Assembly: GCF_046119375.1 (NCBI RefSeq)
Contig: NW_027362768.1
Location: 144,646,001 to 144,710,000 of the forward strand
Source: Phyllobates terribilis
Lineage: Eukaryota
Length of the DNA stretch: 64,000 nt
Direction: 5' to 3'
Shown here: positions 11,509-23,430 of the stretch, piece by piece
Layout of the letters: each line of letters opens with the position of its first letter
How positions within the stretch are numbered: the stretch's first letter is position 1
Notes under the pieces: model-generated
Seen by the model: only the letters and a program-made list of their open reading frames with translations
What the model was told of the DNA's origin: nothing
Databases searched by the model: none
Translations under genes and position numbers: made by a program

Positions 11509-13050
11509 ATGGAGGCGGTTGACTCCCTGATCACCAGGCTGAGAGACGCAGCGAGATCCAGGCGTGGAGGGTGGCTTGAATCCCAGCGGTCCGAATTGCT
11601 GGGGAATGCCAGGGTGAAAGAATCGCCGTCGGGGTCAGGTAGAAGCACCAGGAGAACGCGGCCCCCCAAGAGGCTTTCACCGGAGATTGCCGGCACGTGC
11701 AGCAGGCGCAGGCTGCGGAGCCCCTCAGGGGACCCTGCGTCTGGTGAGCATAGCGGCGGAATCCCCCGCCGCCGCGCCCGCCACGGCAGGAATCCGCCCA
11801 GCCGGCCTGCGGGCGCTGCCATCAGCGTGTCGCGGTCAGCGACTGAAGTTACGCCCCCACCGGATGTGCGGCCTGCTCCGGCGGTGCGCCGCAGTAACAG
11901 AGCCTGGGCCGCGCCGGAAGCAAGGCCCGCGCTACAGCAGCGTCATCAGAGTGCAGCCTGCGTCATCGCCGGTGCCGGCGGTACGTGACAGGGCCGCACA
12001 GGAAGTGAGCGGTGGGCACAGATATCTATCTCCCGCAACAAGAGCCAGCAGCGAATCATGGCGCCGGGTTTCAAATAAAAAGGGGGCCAGAGGGACCGGA
12101 GGGACCAGCAGCACGGCAGGCACACCTGGCGATGTACCAGTCGAGGTGCCTGTTAGACAGAGCAGCAGGAGCAGACAGCACAGCGTATACCTGTAGTGTT
12201 GCTGGTGGGGAGTGAATCGGCAAGGTCGGCGGTGGGTGCAGAGGGGGCAACTTCGGGCGTATCGGTGTCTGTGCAGACAGAAAAGGATAAAGCGGATGCC
12301 TTAAGATTGGATTACAGGGCAAAAGGGGAGGTATATGTGCGCTTTGAGGGGCCGTTGGGGGCACACTTGAAGAAAGAGGTTAAAGAAAAAATCTGGCGGG
12401 ATGAATATGTTGAAATTTTTTCCCTTCTTCCGTTGGAAAAGTTTATTCTGGATAAGGGAAAAAAGGACGGCAGTAGAAAAGAGGAGGAAGAGAAGCGTAG
12501 GTGGAAGTTGATTCCTCAGACGTTTGTCAATTGGTTGCAAGCTTTTGCAATAATGGCTAGCGTCATTGGAGAAAAAGCTCCGGATAATTGCTCGGGTTTA
12601 TTTTGCTACCTAGATGCTATTGGGGAGGCTCATCGTACTTATGGGGGTCAGACATGGTTACGATACGATGAGCAATTTCCACAGCGGAAGGCAGTCCGCC
12701 CGGAGATTAGATGGGATCAAAAGGACATAGGGTTGTGGCTGAAGGTTATGGCTCCGGCGAGGTATGGGAAGTCCTTTCACAGGAGCGGCAGTAGTGGGAA
12801 CCAATCAGCAGGACACGGGGGAAGTAGCCAAGGGGCACAAAGCTATAGGAAGGAAACTTGTTGGCAATTTAATGATGGGCAATGTAAGAACGGGAACTCC
12901 TGCAAATTTAAACATGTGTGCTCCCATTGTAACGGAAGTTCACATGGAGCATCTAAATGCTTTAAGAAGGGTAAGGGAAAGCTGCCAGTGTGTACCGGTC
13001 AAGGGGGTGACTCCAGTGAGGCTTCACGAGATGGCCCCCTTTCTAAGTAG
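11509..13050 (+). pseudogene. Ngaro gag-like ORF1 (frameshifted)
   Basis: MEAVDSLITRLRDAA start; 12196-13050 carries WLQAFAIMASVI, WLRYDEQF and the C-terminal Cys/His fingers. Confidence 0.8.
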
Positions 13051-14580
13051 GTTTTCCGGATCAGTTGAAGGCTAAGGTCATTTCAGATGTTTTTTTGGAG
13101 GGTTTTAGAATTCCTCCTCCTGATCACGAGGTCCCCTTTTCTGTTAAGAATTTGATGTCGGCTTCCCTTCATCCGGAGGTGGTTAGTGTGAAGCTGGCAA
13201 AAGAGGTTGAATTGGGTAGGATGGCTGGACCGTTTCAGGAATTACCTAGTAGTAAGGTGATTATTTCGCTGTTGGGGGTTGTGCCCAAGAAAGAGCTGAA
13301 TAAGTTTTGTTTTATTTATTTATTTATTTGTCGTACCCTAAGGGGCTTTCCGTGAATGATAGCATTGCGCAAGAATTGTGTTCGGTTGAATATACATCAT
13401 TCGATGCGGCGGTGCAATGGGTACGGAGATACAGGCCAGGATCGTTGCTAGCTAAGACTGATATTGAGTCGGCTTTTAGGTTGCTGCCAGTTCACCCGGA
13501 TAGTATCCCGTTGTTAGGTTGTTTTTTGAAAGGGAAATATTATGTGGATAGGTGTTTGCCAATGGGTTGCGCAATTTCGTGTTCTTTGTTTGAAACGTTT
13601 AGTACCTTTTTGGAATGGGTGGTGAGGGGCTTGGCATCAGTTCAGTCGGTCATTCATTATTTGGATGACTTTTTGTTTATAGGTCCTCCGCAATCGTTGT
13701 TGTGTAGGAATTTGTTAGGTACTATGGTGTGTGTAGCGGATCATCTTGGCGTACCATTGGCGGAAGAAAAAACAGAAGGACCTTGTACCATTTTAATTTT
13801 TTTGGGCATATTAATAGATTCGGAGAGGATGGAGTGTCGGTTGCCTAACGATAAATTGAGTCTGCTCAAGCTAGAAGTGGATAGAGTCAGGAGGTTGCAT
13901 AAGGTGACGCTGAAGGAGTTACAATCACTGTTAGGTCGTTTGAATTTTGCTTGCAGGATTATTATGCCAATGGGCAGAATATTTTGTCGCAGGTTGTCAG
14001 GGGCAACAGCAGGAGTGCGTGCGCCGCATCATTTCATTCATTTAAATAAGGACCACAAGGAGGATTTGAAGGTTTGGAAGTTGTTTTTGGAAAATTATAA
14101 CGGCAGGTCGTTAATTCAGCAGAGTTTTTGAGCAGTTTTGATTGTGAGATTTTTACAGATGCTGCGGGAGGTGCTGGTTATGGAGCTTACTGGAAGGGGC
14201 GTTGGAGTGTTGGAGTATGACCGAGTCTGTGGCAGGAGAGGGGTCTTACGAGGAACCTGGCGTTTTTGGAATTGTTTCCTATCGTAGTTGCGGTTTCAAT
14301 TTGGGGAGAGTGTTTTGCGAACAGGAGAATACGGTTTCATTGCGATAATATGGGAGTGGTGTCTGTAATTAACAGCTTGTCGGCTTCATCTCAGCCTCTG
14401 ATTGGGCTGCTGAGGGAACTAGTTCTCTGTTGTCTTAATTTGAACACTTGGATTACGGCAGTCCATGTTCCAGGTGTGCAAAATTCCATAGCAGATGCCT
14501 TGTCTCGTTTCCAGTGGGATCGTTTCCGGGCGCTAGCACCAGAGGCGGTGGACGTGGGCAGGAATGCCCTTCGCATCTGT
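13020..14580 (+). pseudogene. Ngaro RT/RNase H (frameshifts, stop)
   Basis: ORFs 13065-13355, 13307-14131 and 14266-14709 with YLDD and RNase H residues. Confidence 0.85.
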
Positions 14581-15105
14581 GGCAGCTGGTTATGGAGGAG
14601 CGGGACGGTTAATTCAGGAATCCATTACAAGGCAGACCTGGGCATCATACGAGGCATCGTGGCGAGTATGGCAAAGTTGGTTACTGCAGTGGGGCTTCGT
14701 GGAGAATGACGGCGATAGAGTGATGGCGGTGTTGTTTCTTGTGGGAAGGGCAACGGAGATTGGGTGGTCTGTTTCAAAAGTGGGCAAATTCGTTGCAGGT
14801 CTAGCGTTTGGTTTTAAATTGCAAGGAAAAAAAAGATGTTACGAAGTCCTTTTTAGTGAAGCAAGCACTTAGGGGCTTTAGGAGAGGGGGCAAGGTTTTA
14901 GATAAAAGAAGACCGGTGTCTTTTAGCATCTTGGAAAGGTTGGGTTTAGTGTTGGATAATATATGTTGTTCAGTTTTTGAAGCTACACTGTTTAGGTTGG
15001 CTTTTTCATTGGCGGTTTGTGGTGCGCTGAGATTAAGCGAGTTGGTGGCACCGAGCAGGAACAGGGTTGGGGTTTTGTTTGCAGAAGATGTTAGCTGTTG
15101 GGCTA
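14564..15105 (+). pseudogene. Ngaro tyrosine recombinase, N-terminal half only
   Basis: TWASYEASW, VKQALRGFRR, RRPVS, ALRLSEL (first catalytic R); similarity ends near 15105. Confidence 0.8.
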
Positions 15106-15230
15106 GGGGCAAAAATACATTGTGTGCACATACCCACATATTCATAAATCCACAGGTGGCAGACTTTTTTCAAGCAATTTTTAAATAAAACAAATTCTCT
15201 CCAAAAACTCAGTGAGTACATAGTATTTGG

Positions 15231-15350
15231 TATCTGATAGGGTGGGCGCTAGTATTCGATGTCTGATAGGGTGCCCCGTAGTATTCGGTGTCTGATAGGG
15301 TGCCCCATAGCATTCGTTGTCTGATAGGGTGGCACATAGCATTCAGTGTA
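15231..15350. repeat. 29-bp tandem repeat, 4 copies (tgtctgatagggtgccccgtagtattcgg)
   Basis: Four ctgatagggtg units seen directly. Confidence 0.9.
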
Positions 15351-16084
15351 TGAGCTCCTTTGGCATAAGTTTGTCTATTACATCATCTTTGTATGTTCAT
15401 CCAATCATTATTACACCAGCATTAACTACTATAATACTGCCCCCTATTGAAGATTTTCTAAATCTGACGGTACTGCTTCTTTTCTAATTTTATAAAACTC
15501 TTCATTATTATTTTTCCGGCACAATAACTGCATTTTGCTTAGTCTTTTTCCCAGGAAACCCCCATTATTTGCTATCAGACGGGCTCTGACCGTCACTCGC
15601 ACACAACTGGGACCTTTGCCAAACATTTCCTCTCAGGTTTCTCTGCAGCCGGAGACACAGCCGACCTCATTTATAACCACAGAATAGCTGTACTGACATT
15701 TTCTTTCTTATGAAACAATAATTAGTGTAAAACCTCAAGGGAAACTTGAGGCAAATGTTATATTTATAAAGTGGACTTATAATAAAAGTTTATTAAGGTG
15801 AATGAAAGCGGAGGGTCTGTAGTCCTCATCTCTAGAAATTCACTCACTAACTCACAATATAGCGATGGAGAAAAGTCTAAAGGGATTCAGGTTTAGTGAT
15901 CGATTGGGGTGAATCAGCTCTGTGAAATAATATTCCTCGCTATTATTGGGGATGCACCGAGTATCGCGGGTCTTCTAGTGACATGTTTGAATCCCCACTG
16001 CCGTATTTTTCACAGCTGTTAGCCACAGAACATGCGATGATTGCCTGACAAACACGGGCAATCCCCACATATTTTGTGTTCACT

Positions 16085-17210
16085 TTAATCAATAGATCTT
16101 GGAATGATAATTTCTACAATTGGATGTGTTTAAATAAAATGTTCCTGTGCTGAGATAATCTTATACATGTGCCCCTGCTGTGTACTGTGTAATGGCTGTG
16201 TCTGACTGTGCAGCTCCTGGGCAGAGGGGGAAGCAAAAGAGTATACAGACAGGACAGCACAGGATCACAGCTGATTCTTTTTGTGAGGTAAAACATTTCC
16301 CTGCCTGTTTTTAAACAATGTTTTTCCTCAAAGAAAGAATCATTTGCGATCCCCTGCTGTAATGTCTGTATACTCTTTTGCTTCCTCTCCTGCCCAGGAG
16401 CGGTGGTATGATCAGACCATGTTCCGTACACGTAACAAAGTAGCACTCTGTAACGCTAAGAATGCGAACATGAAATATATGAAATATGAATAGCATTACT
16501 GCTGTAGAACATAGAGACAAATGAGAAATCTTTTTCTTTTTTTTTTTTCATGCTCCGTGCACGGTCGGACACAGTCATTACACAGGGGCACAATTATAAG
16601 ATTATCTCAGCACAGGAACATTTTATTTAAACACATTCAATTATGGAAATTATAATTATTCCAAGATCTATTAAAGGGATTGTCCACTACTTTATATGAT
16701 CCCCCAATGTATTCCCCCAGGGCCCAGTAGTGTTTCTGTAAATACCTTGTGGTGCCTTTTCTGCCTGTGAGCGGCGCTATCACTGGCCGCTCACAGGCAT
16801 CACGTGACCCCCGGCTGCATCCGCTGACGTCACGACAAGTCCAGGCTGCAGCCGAGGGTCCCTCTTCCGCGTTCCACCGGTGGCTGCTGGGTTGTGGGCA
16901 GGGTTACCCTCTCCTCATTCACTGGGAAAACGCGCGGTGGATGCTGGGTGTGACACATGGGGTAACCCCGCCCAGCGTCCACCGCGGGGAATGTGTCACT
17001 GATGTCACACCTCACTTGACGTGACATCAGTGACGGGTCACGTGATGCCTCTGAGCGGCCACCGATAGCGCCGCTCAGAGGCAGAAAAAGCACCGCAAGG
17101 TATTTACAAAAACACATCTGAGCCCCGGGGGATACATTGGGGGGTTCATATAAAGTAGCGGACAACTTCTTTAATTAAAATGAACTTTTGTTCGTGGAAA
17201 ACCCCGTTTA
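16085..17210. mobile_element. Older palindromic T2-type MITE carrying a nested MITE
   Basis: aatagatcttggaa..ctgagataatct is inverted at 16598-16674; right end ggaaaaccccgtttaa at about 17210. Confidence 0.6.
16675..17170. mobile_element. Palindromic T2/Kolobok-type MITE with TTAA TSD
   Basis: TTAA at 16671-16674 and 17171-17174; AGGGATTGTCCACTACTTT versus AAAGTAGCGGACAACTTCT; long internal inverted arms. Confidence 0.8.
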
Positions 17211-17422
17211 AGTGAATCAAATAGATTATCACATTTGTATGTATTACGCCAAGTACACAGGACGCCTCAATTCCTATTTGACATAGGGCTCCGGCCAAAC
17301 ATTTTATGTGCCAGATGCAAAGTGCACTCAGCAAACTTGATACACATGATGTGGTCTTGTCCTAACCATGAATCCTTTTGGAAAGGCGTATTAGAAATGA
17401 TAAATAGAGTCTATTTAGTTAA
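17211..17422 (+). pseudogene. L1/Tx1-type LINE 3' remnant (continues at 17787-17840 and after 18221)
   Basis: CARCKVHSANLIHMMWSCP zinc-binding motif; reading resumes as IVPSPFACILGYSEDL between the two MITEs. Confidence 0.65.
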
Positions 17423-17786
17423 AGGGGTATTCCCATCTCCAAGATCCTATCCCAATATGTAGTAGGTGTAATAATAATAATATTAGCAAATACATCCAAT
17501 TAGAAATGTAGTATAGTATTTTTGATTCGCTATCTCTCTTACCTCATGTGCAGGCATCGCAGGACCTTAGGTATCCATGGTTACGACCACTAGCAACTAG
17601 CTAGCTAACTGACTTGATCAGTGGTCGTAACCATGGATACCTAAGGTCCTGCGATGCCTGCACATGAGGAAAGAGATAGCAAATCAGAAAAAATATACTA
17701 CATTTCTAATTGGAGATATTTGCTAATATTAGTATTAATACACCTACTACATATTAGGATAGAATCTTGGAGATGGTAATACCCCT
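17423..17786. mobile_element. Fully palindromic MITE, copy 1 (TTAA TSD)
   Basis: TTAA-AGGGGTATTCCCATCT...AGATGGTAATACCCCT-TTAA; whole element folds back. Confidence 0.88.
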
Positions 17787-17840
17787 TTAACATAGTTCCC
17801 TCGCCCTTTGCATGTATATTGGGTTATAGTGAAGATTTAA

Positions 17841-18217
17841 AGGGGTATTCCCATCTACAAGATCCTATACCAATATATAGTAGGTATAATAATAATAATA
17901 ATAATAATAATAACATTAGCAAATACCTCCAATAAGAAATGTAGTATAGTTCTTCTGATTCGCTATGTCTCTTTCCTCATGTGCAGGGCATTACAGGACC
18001 TTAGGTATCCATGGTTATGACCACTAGCACCTAGCTGTCACTATATCAGTGGTCGTAGCCATGGATACCTAAGGTCTTGCAATGCCCTGCACATGAGGAA
18101 CGAGACATAGCGAATCAGAAGAACTATACTACATTTCGAATTTGAGGTATTTGCTAATATTATTATAATTATACCTTCTGCATATTGGGATAGGATCTTG
18201 GCAATGGGAATACCCCT
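17841..18217. mobile_element. Fully palindromic MITE, copy 2 (TTAA TSD)
   Basis: Same family as 17423-17786, about 50 bp downstream. Confidence 0.88.
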
Positions 18218-18329
18218 TTAACTACTGATGACCATAGCCGCTGTAATCTTGCTTACTTGTTTTTGCTGTATTGTTTCTTACTCCCCCCCCACACACAATT
18301 CCCTACCCCTCTTGCAATCCTACAATCTA

Positions 18330-19522
18330 CAGTACAGACCAAAAGTTTGGACACACCTTCTCATTTAAAGATTTTTCTGTTTTTTTTTAATGACTATGAA
18401 AATTGTACATTCACACTGAAGGCATCAAAACTATGAATTAACACATGTGGAATTATATACTTAACAAAAAAGTGTGAAACAACTGAAAATATGTCTTATA
18501 TTCTAGGTTCTTCAAAGTAGCCACCTTTTGCTTTGATGACTGCTTTGCACACTCTTGGCATTCTCTTGAGGAGCTTCAAGAGGTAGTCACCGGAAATGGT
18601 CTTCCAACAATCTTGAAGGAGTTCCCAGAGATGCTTAGCACTTGTTGGCCCTTTTGCCTTCACTCTGCGGTCCAGCTCACCCCAAACCATCTCGATTGGG
18701 TTCAGGTCTGGTGACTGTGGAGGCCAGGTCATCTGGCGTAGCACCCCATCACTCTCCTTCTTGGTCAAATAGCCCTTACACAGCCTGGAGGTGTGTTTGG
18801 GGTCATTGTCTGCTGCTAGAACTCTGTGTGGCATTGACCTGGTCTCTAATCTGAGCTGCTGTTAACCTACGATTTCTGAGGCTGGTGACTTTGATAAACT
18901 TATCCTCAGAAGCAGAGGTGACTCTTGGTCTTCCTTTCCTGGGGCGGTCCTCATGTGAGCCAGTTTCTTTGTAGCGCTTGATGGTTTTTGTAACTGCACT
19001 TGGGGACACTTTCAAAGTTTTCCTAATTTTTCAGACAGACTGATCTTCATTTCTTAAAGTAATGATGGCCACTCGTTTTTCTTTACTTAGCTGCTTTTTT
19101 CTTGCCATAATACAAATTCTAACAGTCTATTCAGTAGGACTATCAGCTGTGTATCCACCAGACTTCTGCACAACACAACTGATGGTCCCAACCCCATTTA
19201 TAAGGCAAGAAATCCCACTTATTAAACCTGACAGGGCACACCTGTGAAGTGAAAACCATTTCCGGTGACTACCTCTTGAAGCTCATCAAGAGAATGCCAA
19301 GAGTGTGCAAAGCAGTCATCAAAGCAAAAGGTGGCTACTTTGAAGAACCAAGAATATAAGACATATTTTCAGGTGTTTCACACTTTTTTGTTAAGTATAT
19401 AATTCCACATGTGTTAATTCATAGTTTTGATGCCTTCAGTGTGAATGTACAATTTTCAAAGTCATGAAAATACAGAAAAATCTTTAAATGAGAAGGTGTG
19501 TCCAAACTTTTGGTCTGTACTG
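18330..19522 (-). mobile_element. DD38E (Intruder-type) Tc1 transposon, copy 1, internal deletion
   Basis: TA-CAGTACAGACCAAAAGTTTGG...CCAAACTTTTGGTCTGTACTG-TA; about 265-bp TIRs; central transposase part deleted near 18810. Confidence 0.9.
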
Positions 19523-19524
19523 TA

Positions 19525-20891
19525 TATATATTGAAAAGTCTAAAAATAAAACAACAGCAATACATGTGTATGTGTATGTATATACTTACCTGACCGGGAG
19601 GAGCGTTGCCGCGACGCCTCTCTTCTGGCCGGAGACCGGGGCCGGAGTGCGGCGTCAAAATCGGCGCATAGCAAACTGTCCAGCGCCATTTTAATGAAGA
19701 CACATTTGCAGTGTGTCTTCAGAAAAATGGCACCAGACAGCGCTGTATGGGCACGAGTGTACTCTGGTGCCACACTCCTCCCCCGGCCTCCAGCAGAACG
19801 GGACGCAGCGCTGGAGCATAGGGAAGAAAGGTGAGTATAATTGTTTATTTTTTTTGTGTGTGCAGCGTGAAAGGAATGAGGGGTGCCATACATACCAGGA
19901 TTGGGGGGGTGAGGAGGCCACACACACCAGGATTAGGGGGTGAGGGGACCATGCATACCAGGATAGGGATGAGGTACCATGCATACCAGGATGAGGGATG
20001 GGGTACCATGCATACTGGGATAGGGATGAGGGGTGCCATGCATACCAGGATTAGGGATGGGGTACCATACATACCAGGGTGAGGGATGGGGTACCATGCA
20101 TACCAGGATGAGGGATGGGGTACCATGCATACTGGGATAGGGATGAGGGGTGCCATGCATACCAGGATAGGGATGAGGGGGTGCCATGCATACCAGGATA
20201 GGGATGAGGGAGGGAGTTCCATGCATACCACGATGAGGGATGGGGTGCCATGCATATGAGGATAGGGATGAGGGGGTGCCATGCATACCAGGATAGGGAT
20301 GAGGGGCTGCCATGCATACCAGGATAGGGATGAGGGGGTGCCATGCCTACCAGGATAGGGATGAGGGGGTACCATGCATACCAGGATACGGATGAGGGGC
20401 CATGCATACCAGGATACGAATGAGAGGGTACCATACATACCAGGATAGGGATGAGGTCTACCATATATACCAGGATTGGGGATGAGGGGTGCCACTCATA
20501 CCAGGATTGGGGATAAGGGGTACCATACATACCAGGATAAGGGATGGGGTGCCATGCATACCAGGATTGGGGGATGAGGGGTGCCATGCATACCAGATTT
20601 GGGATGAAGGGTGCCATGCATACCAGGATTGGGGATGAGGGGGCCATGCATACCAGGATGAGGGATGGGGTGCCATGCATACCAGTATTGGGATGAGGGG
20701 TGCCATGCATACCAGGATTGGGGATGAGGGGTGCCATGCATACCAGGATTGGGGGATGAGGGGTGCCATGCATACCAGGATAGGATGGGGGCAGCACAAA
20801 TACCAGGATGGGGGCAGCACATAACAGGATGGGGGACCATATAACAATAAAAATGCTCGCCACCCAGGCCTAGAACGGGTTCAATAGCTAG
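19525..20891 (+). mobile_element. Probable non-autonomous Helitron-type element carrying a minisatellite
   Basis: Ends in ...cgggttcaatagCTAG followed by T; no ORF, no TIR. 5' boundary uncertain. Confidence 0.4.
19875..20830. repeat. About 30-bp minisatellite (ggggtgccatgcataccaggatagggatga), about 30 copies
   Basis: Direct periodicity; source of the PHPYPGMHGT pseudo-ORFs. Confidence 0.95.
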
Positions 20892-20897
20892 TATATA

Positions 20898-21363
20898 CAC
20901 TGCTCAAAAAAATAAAGGGAACACTCAAATAACACATCCTAGATCTGAATGAATGAAATATTCTCATTGAATACTTTGTTCTGTACAAAGTTGAATGCGC
21001 TGACAACAAAATCACACAAAAATCATCAATGGAAATCAAATTTATTAACCAACGGAGGCCTGGATTTGGAGTCACCCCCAAAATTAAAGTGGAAAAACAC
21101 ACTACAGGCTGATCCAACTATGATATAATGTCCTTAAAACAAGTCAAAATGAGGCTCAGTATTGTGTGTGGCCTCCACGTGCCTGTATGACCTCCCTACA
21201 ACGCCCGGGCATGCTCCTGATGAGGTTGCGGATGGTCTCCTGTGGGATCTCCTCCCAGACCGGGACTAAAGCATCCGCCAACTCCTGGACAGTCTGTGGT
21301 GCAACGTGACGTTGGTGGATGGAGCGAAACATGATGTCCCAGATGTGCTCAATCGGATTCAGG
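20898..21363 (-). mobile_element. DD34E Tc1 (family B), 3' fragment
   Basis: TA-CACTGCTCAAAAAAATAAAGGGAACAC terminus; closely matches 36128-36590. Confidence 0.88.
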
Positions 21364-21774
21364 TGTATATATGAAATAATACAATTTTCACAATGGCCGT
21401 TATGGCTATTTTACCCTCATACCTCCTATTCTTTCAGAAAGTGCACATATACATTAGCAGCAACTGACTCATAACCTACCTATTGCTTTTGCATCTAATG
21501 TACCTGTGCAAAGGTCATTGTGAAGGCAGGAAGAGGAGGGAAACTGTGACATCAGTTATTGTGATTGGTGGATCTTGTGTTATCAGCTGTTTATGGAGGT
21601 GTTACCTGTCATTGTAATCCTCTGATGATAATGAGACTTTAGAAAAATCTTCTGTAAAAACAGGAAGTAAGAGTCCAGCCCCAGTGATCACTGTGAATAT
21701 TGCAAGATTGCTCTTTCTGCTGCTGACACTGGTATAGGGGTAATGTCCCCCAATTCTGATAATATCCCCTTCCT

Positions 21775-22030
21775 ATTATACGTAGCCCCCATCCTTATCC
21801 TGGTATGCATGGCACCCCTCATCCCTATCTTGGTATGCATGGCACAGCAATCCCCATCCTGGGTTGCATGGCACCCCTTATCCCTATCCTGGTATGTATG
21901 GCACCCCTCATCCCTATCCTGGTATGTATGGCACCCCTAATACCTATCCTGGTATGTATGGCCCCCTCATCCGTATACTGGTATGTATGATCCCCCTCAC
22001 CCTTATCCTAGTATGCATGGTCCCCCTAAT
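21775..22030. repeat. Same 30-bp minisatellite in inverted orientation, about 8 copies
   Basis: atcctggtatgcatggcacccctcatccct units; flank 22040-22100 is the reverse complement of 19800-19870. Confidence 0.9.
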
Positions 22031-22494
22031 CCCCATCACGCTGCACATAAAAAATAAACACTCCTACTCACCTTTCTTCTCTCCCCCAGCGCTGCGTCCG
22101 GCCTGCCCGCACTGATTTCTCCATGTGAGCCGCGCATGACGTCACTGCCATGTGCGACTCACAAGGAGAGATCAGCTGCCGGAAGTCACTGCTCCCGACG
22201 CCGGGACTGTGTGCACGGGGAACAGTGACTTCATGCTCCTTAATAGCCGGCACACAGTGTCTCCGCAGTGCGGCTCCTGCTGCTGCTGGGCGATTGCGTG
22301 TGCCCGCTATTAAAGGGCATGAATATTCACCCCTCCCCACTCCCATGGGCATGGAGTGGGGGTGAATATTCATGCCCTTTAATAGTGGGCACACACGATC
22401 GCCTGGCAGCAGCAGGAGCCACACTGCGGAGATACTGTGTGCCGCTATTAAGGAGCATAAATATTCAGTGCTCCCCACGCCCATGGGGGTTGCA

Positions 22495-23037
22495 TGGAGG
22501 TGATCAGCCTGTGGCACTGCTGAGGTGTTATGGAAGCCCAGGTTGCTTTGATAGCTGCCTTCAGCTCGTCTGCATTGTTGGGTCTGGTGTCTCTCATCTT
22601 CCTCTTGACAATACCCCATAGATTCTCTATAATAGATTCTCTATGGGGTTAAGGTCAGGCGAGTTTGCTGCCAATCAAGCACAGTGATACTGTTGTGTGT
22701 AAACCAGGTATTGGTACTTTTGGCAGTGTGGACATCTGTCAAGTCAGCAGTCTTCCCCATCATGGTGGAGCCTACTGAAACAGACTAATGGACCTTTTTA
22801 AACGCTTAGGAAGTCTTTGCAGGTGTTTTTTGTTAATTATTCTAATTTACTGAGATAATGACTTCTGTGTTTTCATTGGCTGTAAGCCATAATCATCAAC
22901 ATTAACAGAAATAAACACTTGGAATAGATCACTCTGTTTGTAATGACTCTATATAATATACGAGTTTCACTTTTTGTATTGAAGATCTGAAATAAATTAA
23001 CTTTTTGACGATATTCTAATTTAGTGAGATGCACCTG
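22495..23037 (-). mobile_element. Degenerate Tc1 remnant (third family)
   Basis: Minus-strand NSPDLNPIEN motif; ends gagatgcacctg-TA. Confidence 0.55.
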
Positions 23038-23233
23038 TATATGTGTACAGATTTATTTTTTTTAAACTTTGCCAAAATATAGATAAATGTATTTTTCTAA
23101 CACAAAACCTGATTTAAACAATAGGTCATATTTCTGATGTCCCTTTAAGGCTAAAACTGGCTGTTGCATTAAAGGGTTAATCACGCTCTGTGTCTGCGTC
23201 CATAACTAGTCCGTTCTGTTGTTATGTTTGCAG

Positions 23234-23430
23234 AACCAGCAGCCGAATTAAGTCGTCAAAATAAAGTGTAATTGATAGCGAGTCAGAGCGTTGGAAACGT
23301 ACGTGTCAACACAGCAGAGCATTATACGCTCCTCCAGGAGGCGTCCAGTCTGCTTCACCTCTCGCTGCAGGAGGATCTCGGGATCGGAAGGGGCTCATCT
23401 ACAAGTCACAGCGGCGACGAAGGAACGGAT
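23234..23430 (+). other. Candidate upstream (probably 5' UTR) exon of the Tctex-type gene
   Basis: tttgcag acceptor, GAT|GTAAGA donor, CpG-richer than flanks; no ATG in the frame that would join the 28607 exon. Confidence 0.3.

Larger units (their letters stand above)
11330..15105 (+). mobile_element. Ngaro-type tyrosine-recombinase retrotransposon, 3' truncated
   Basis: gag with CWQFN..C..C..KHVCSHC..H..C zinc fingers, RT (KTDIESAFR, LPMG, HYLDDF), RNase H (FTDAAG, LELFP, CDNMGVV), and YR N-terminal half in overlapping frames. Boundaries approximate. Confidence 0.85.

Noticed and set aside
19845-20900. Pro/His/Gly-rich ORFs up to 270 aa
   Set aside because: Products of the 30-bp minisatellite in several frames.
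21622-21645. CTGATGA + 3-bp stem + GAAA
   Set aside because: No NUH site with stem III or stem I; chance match.
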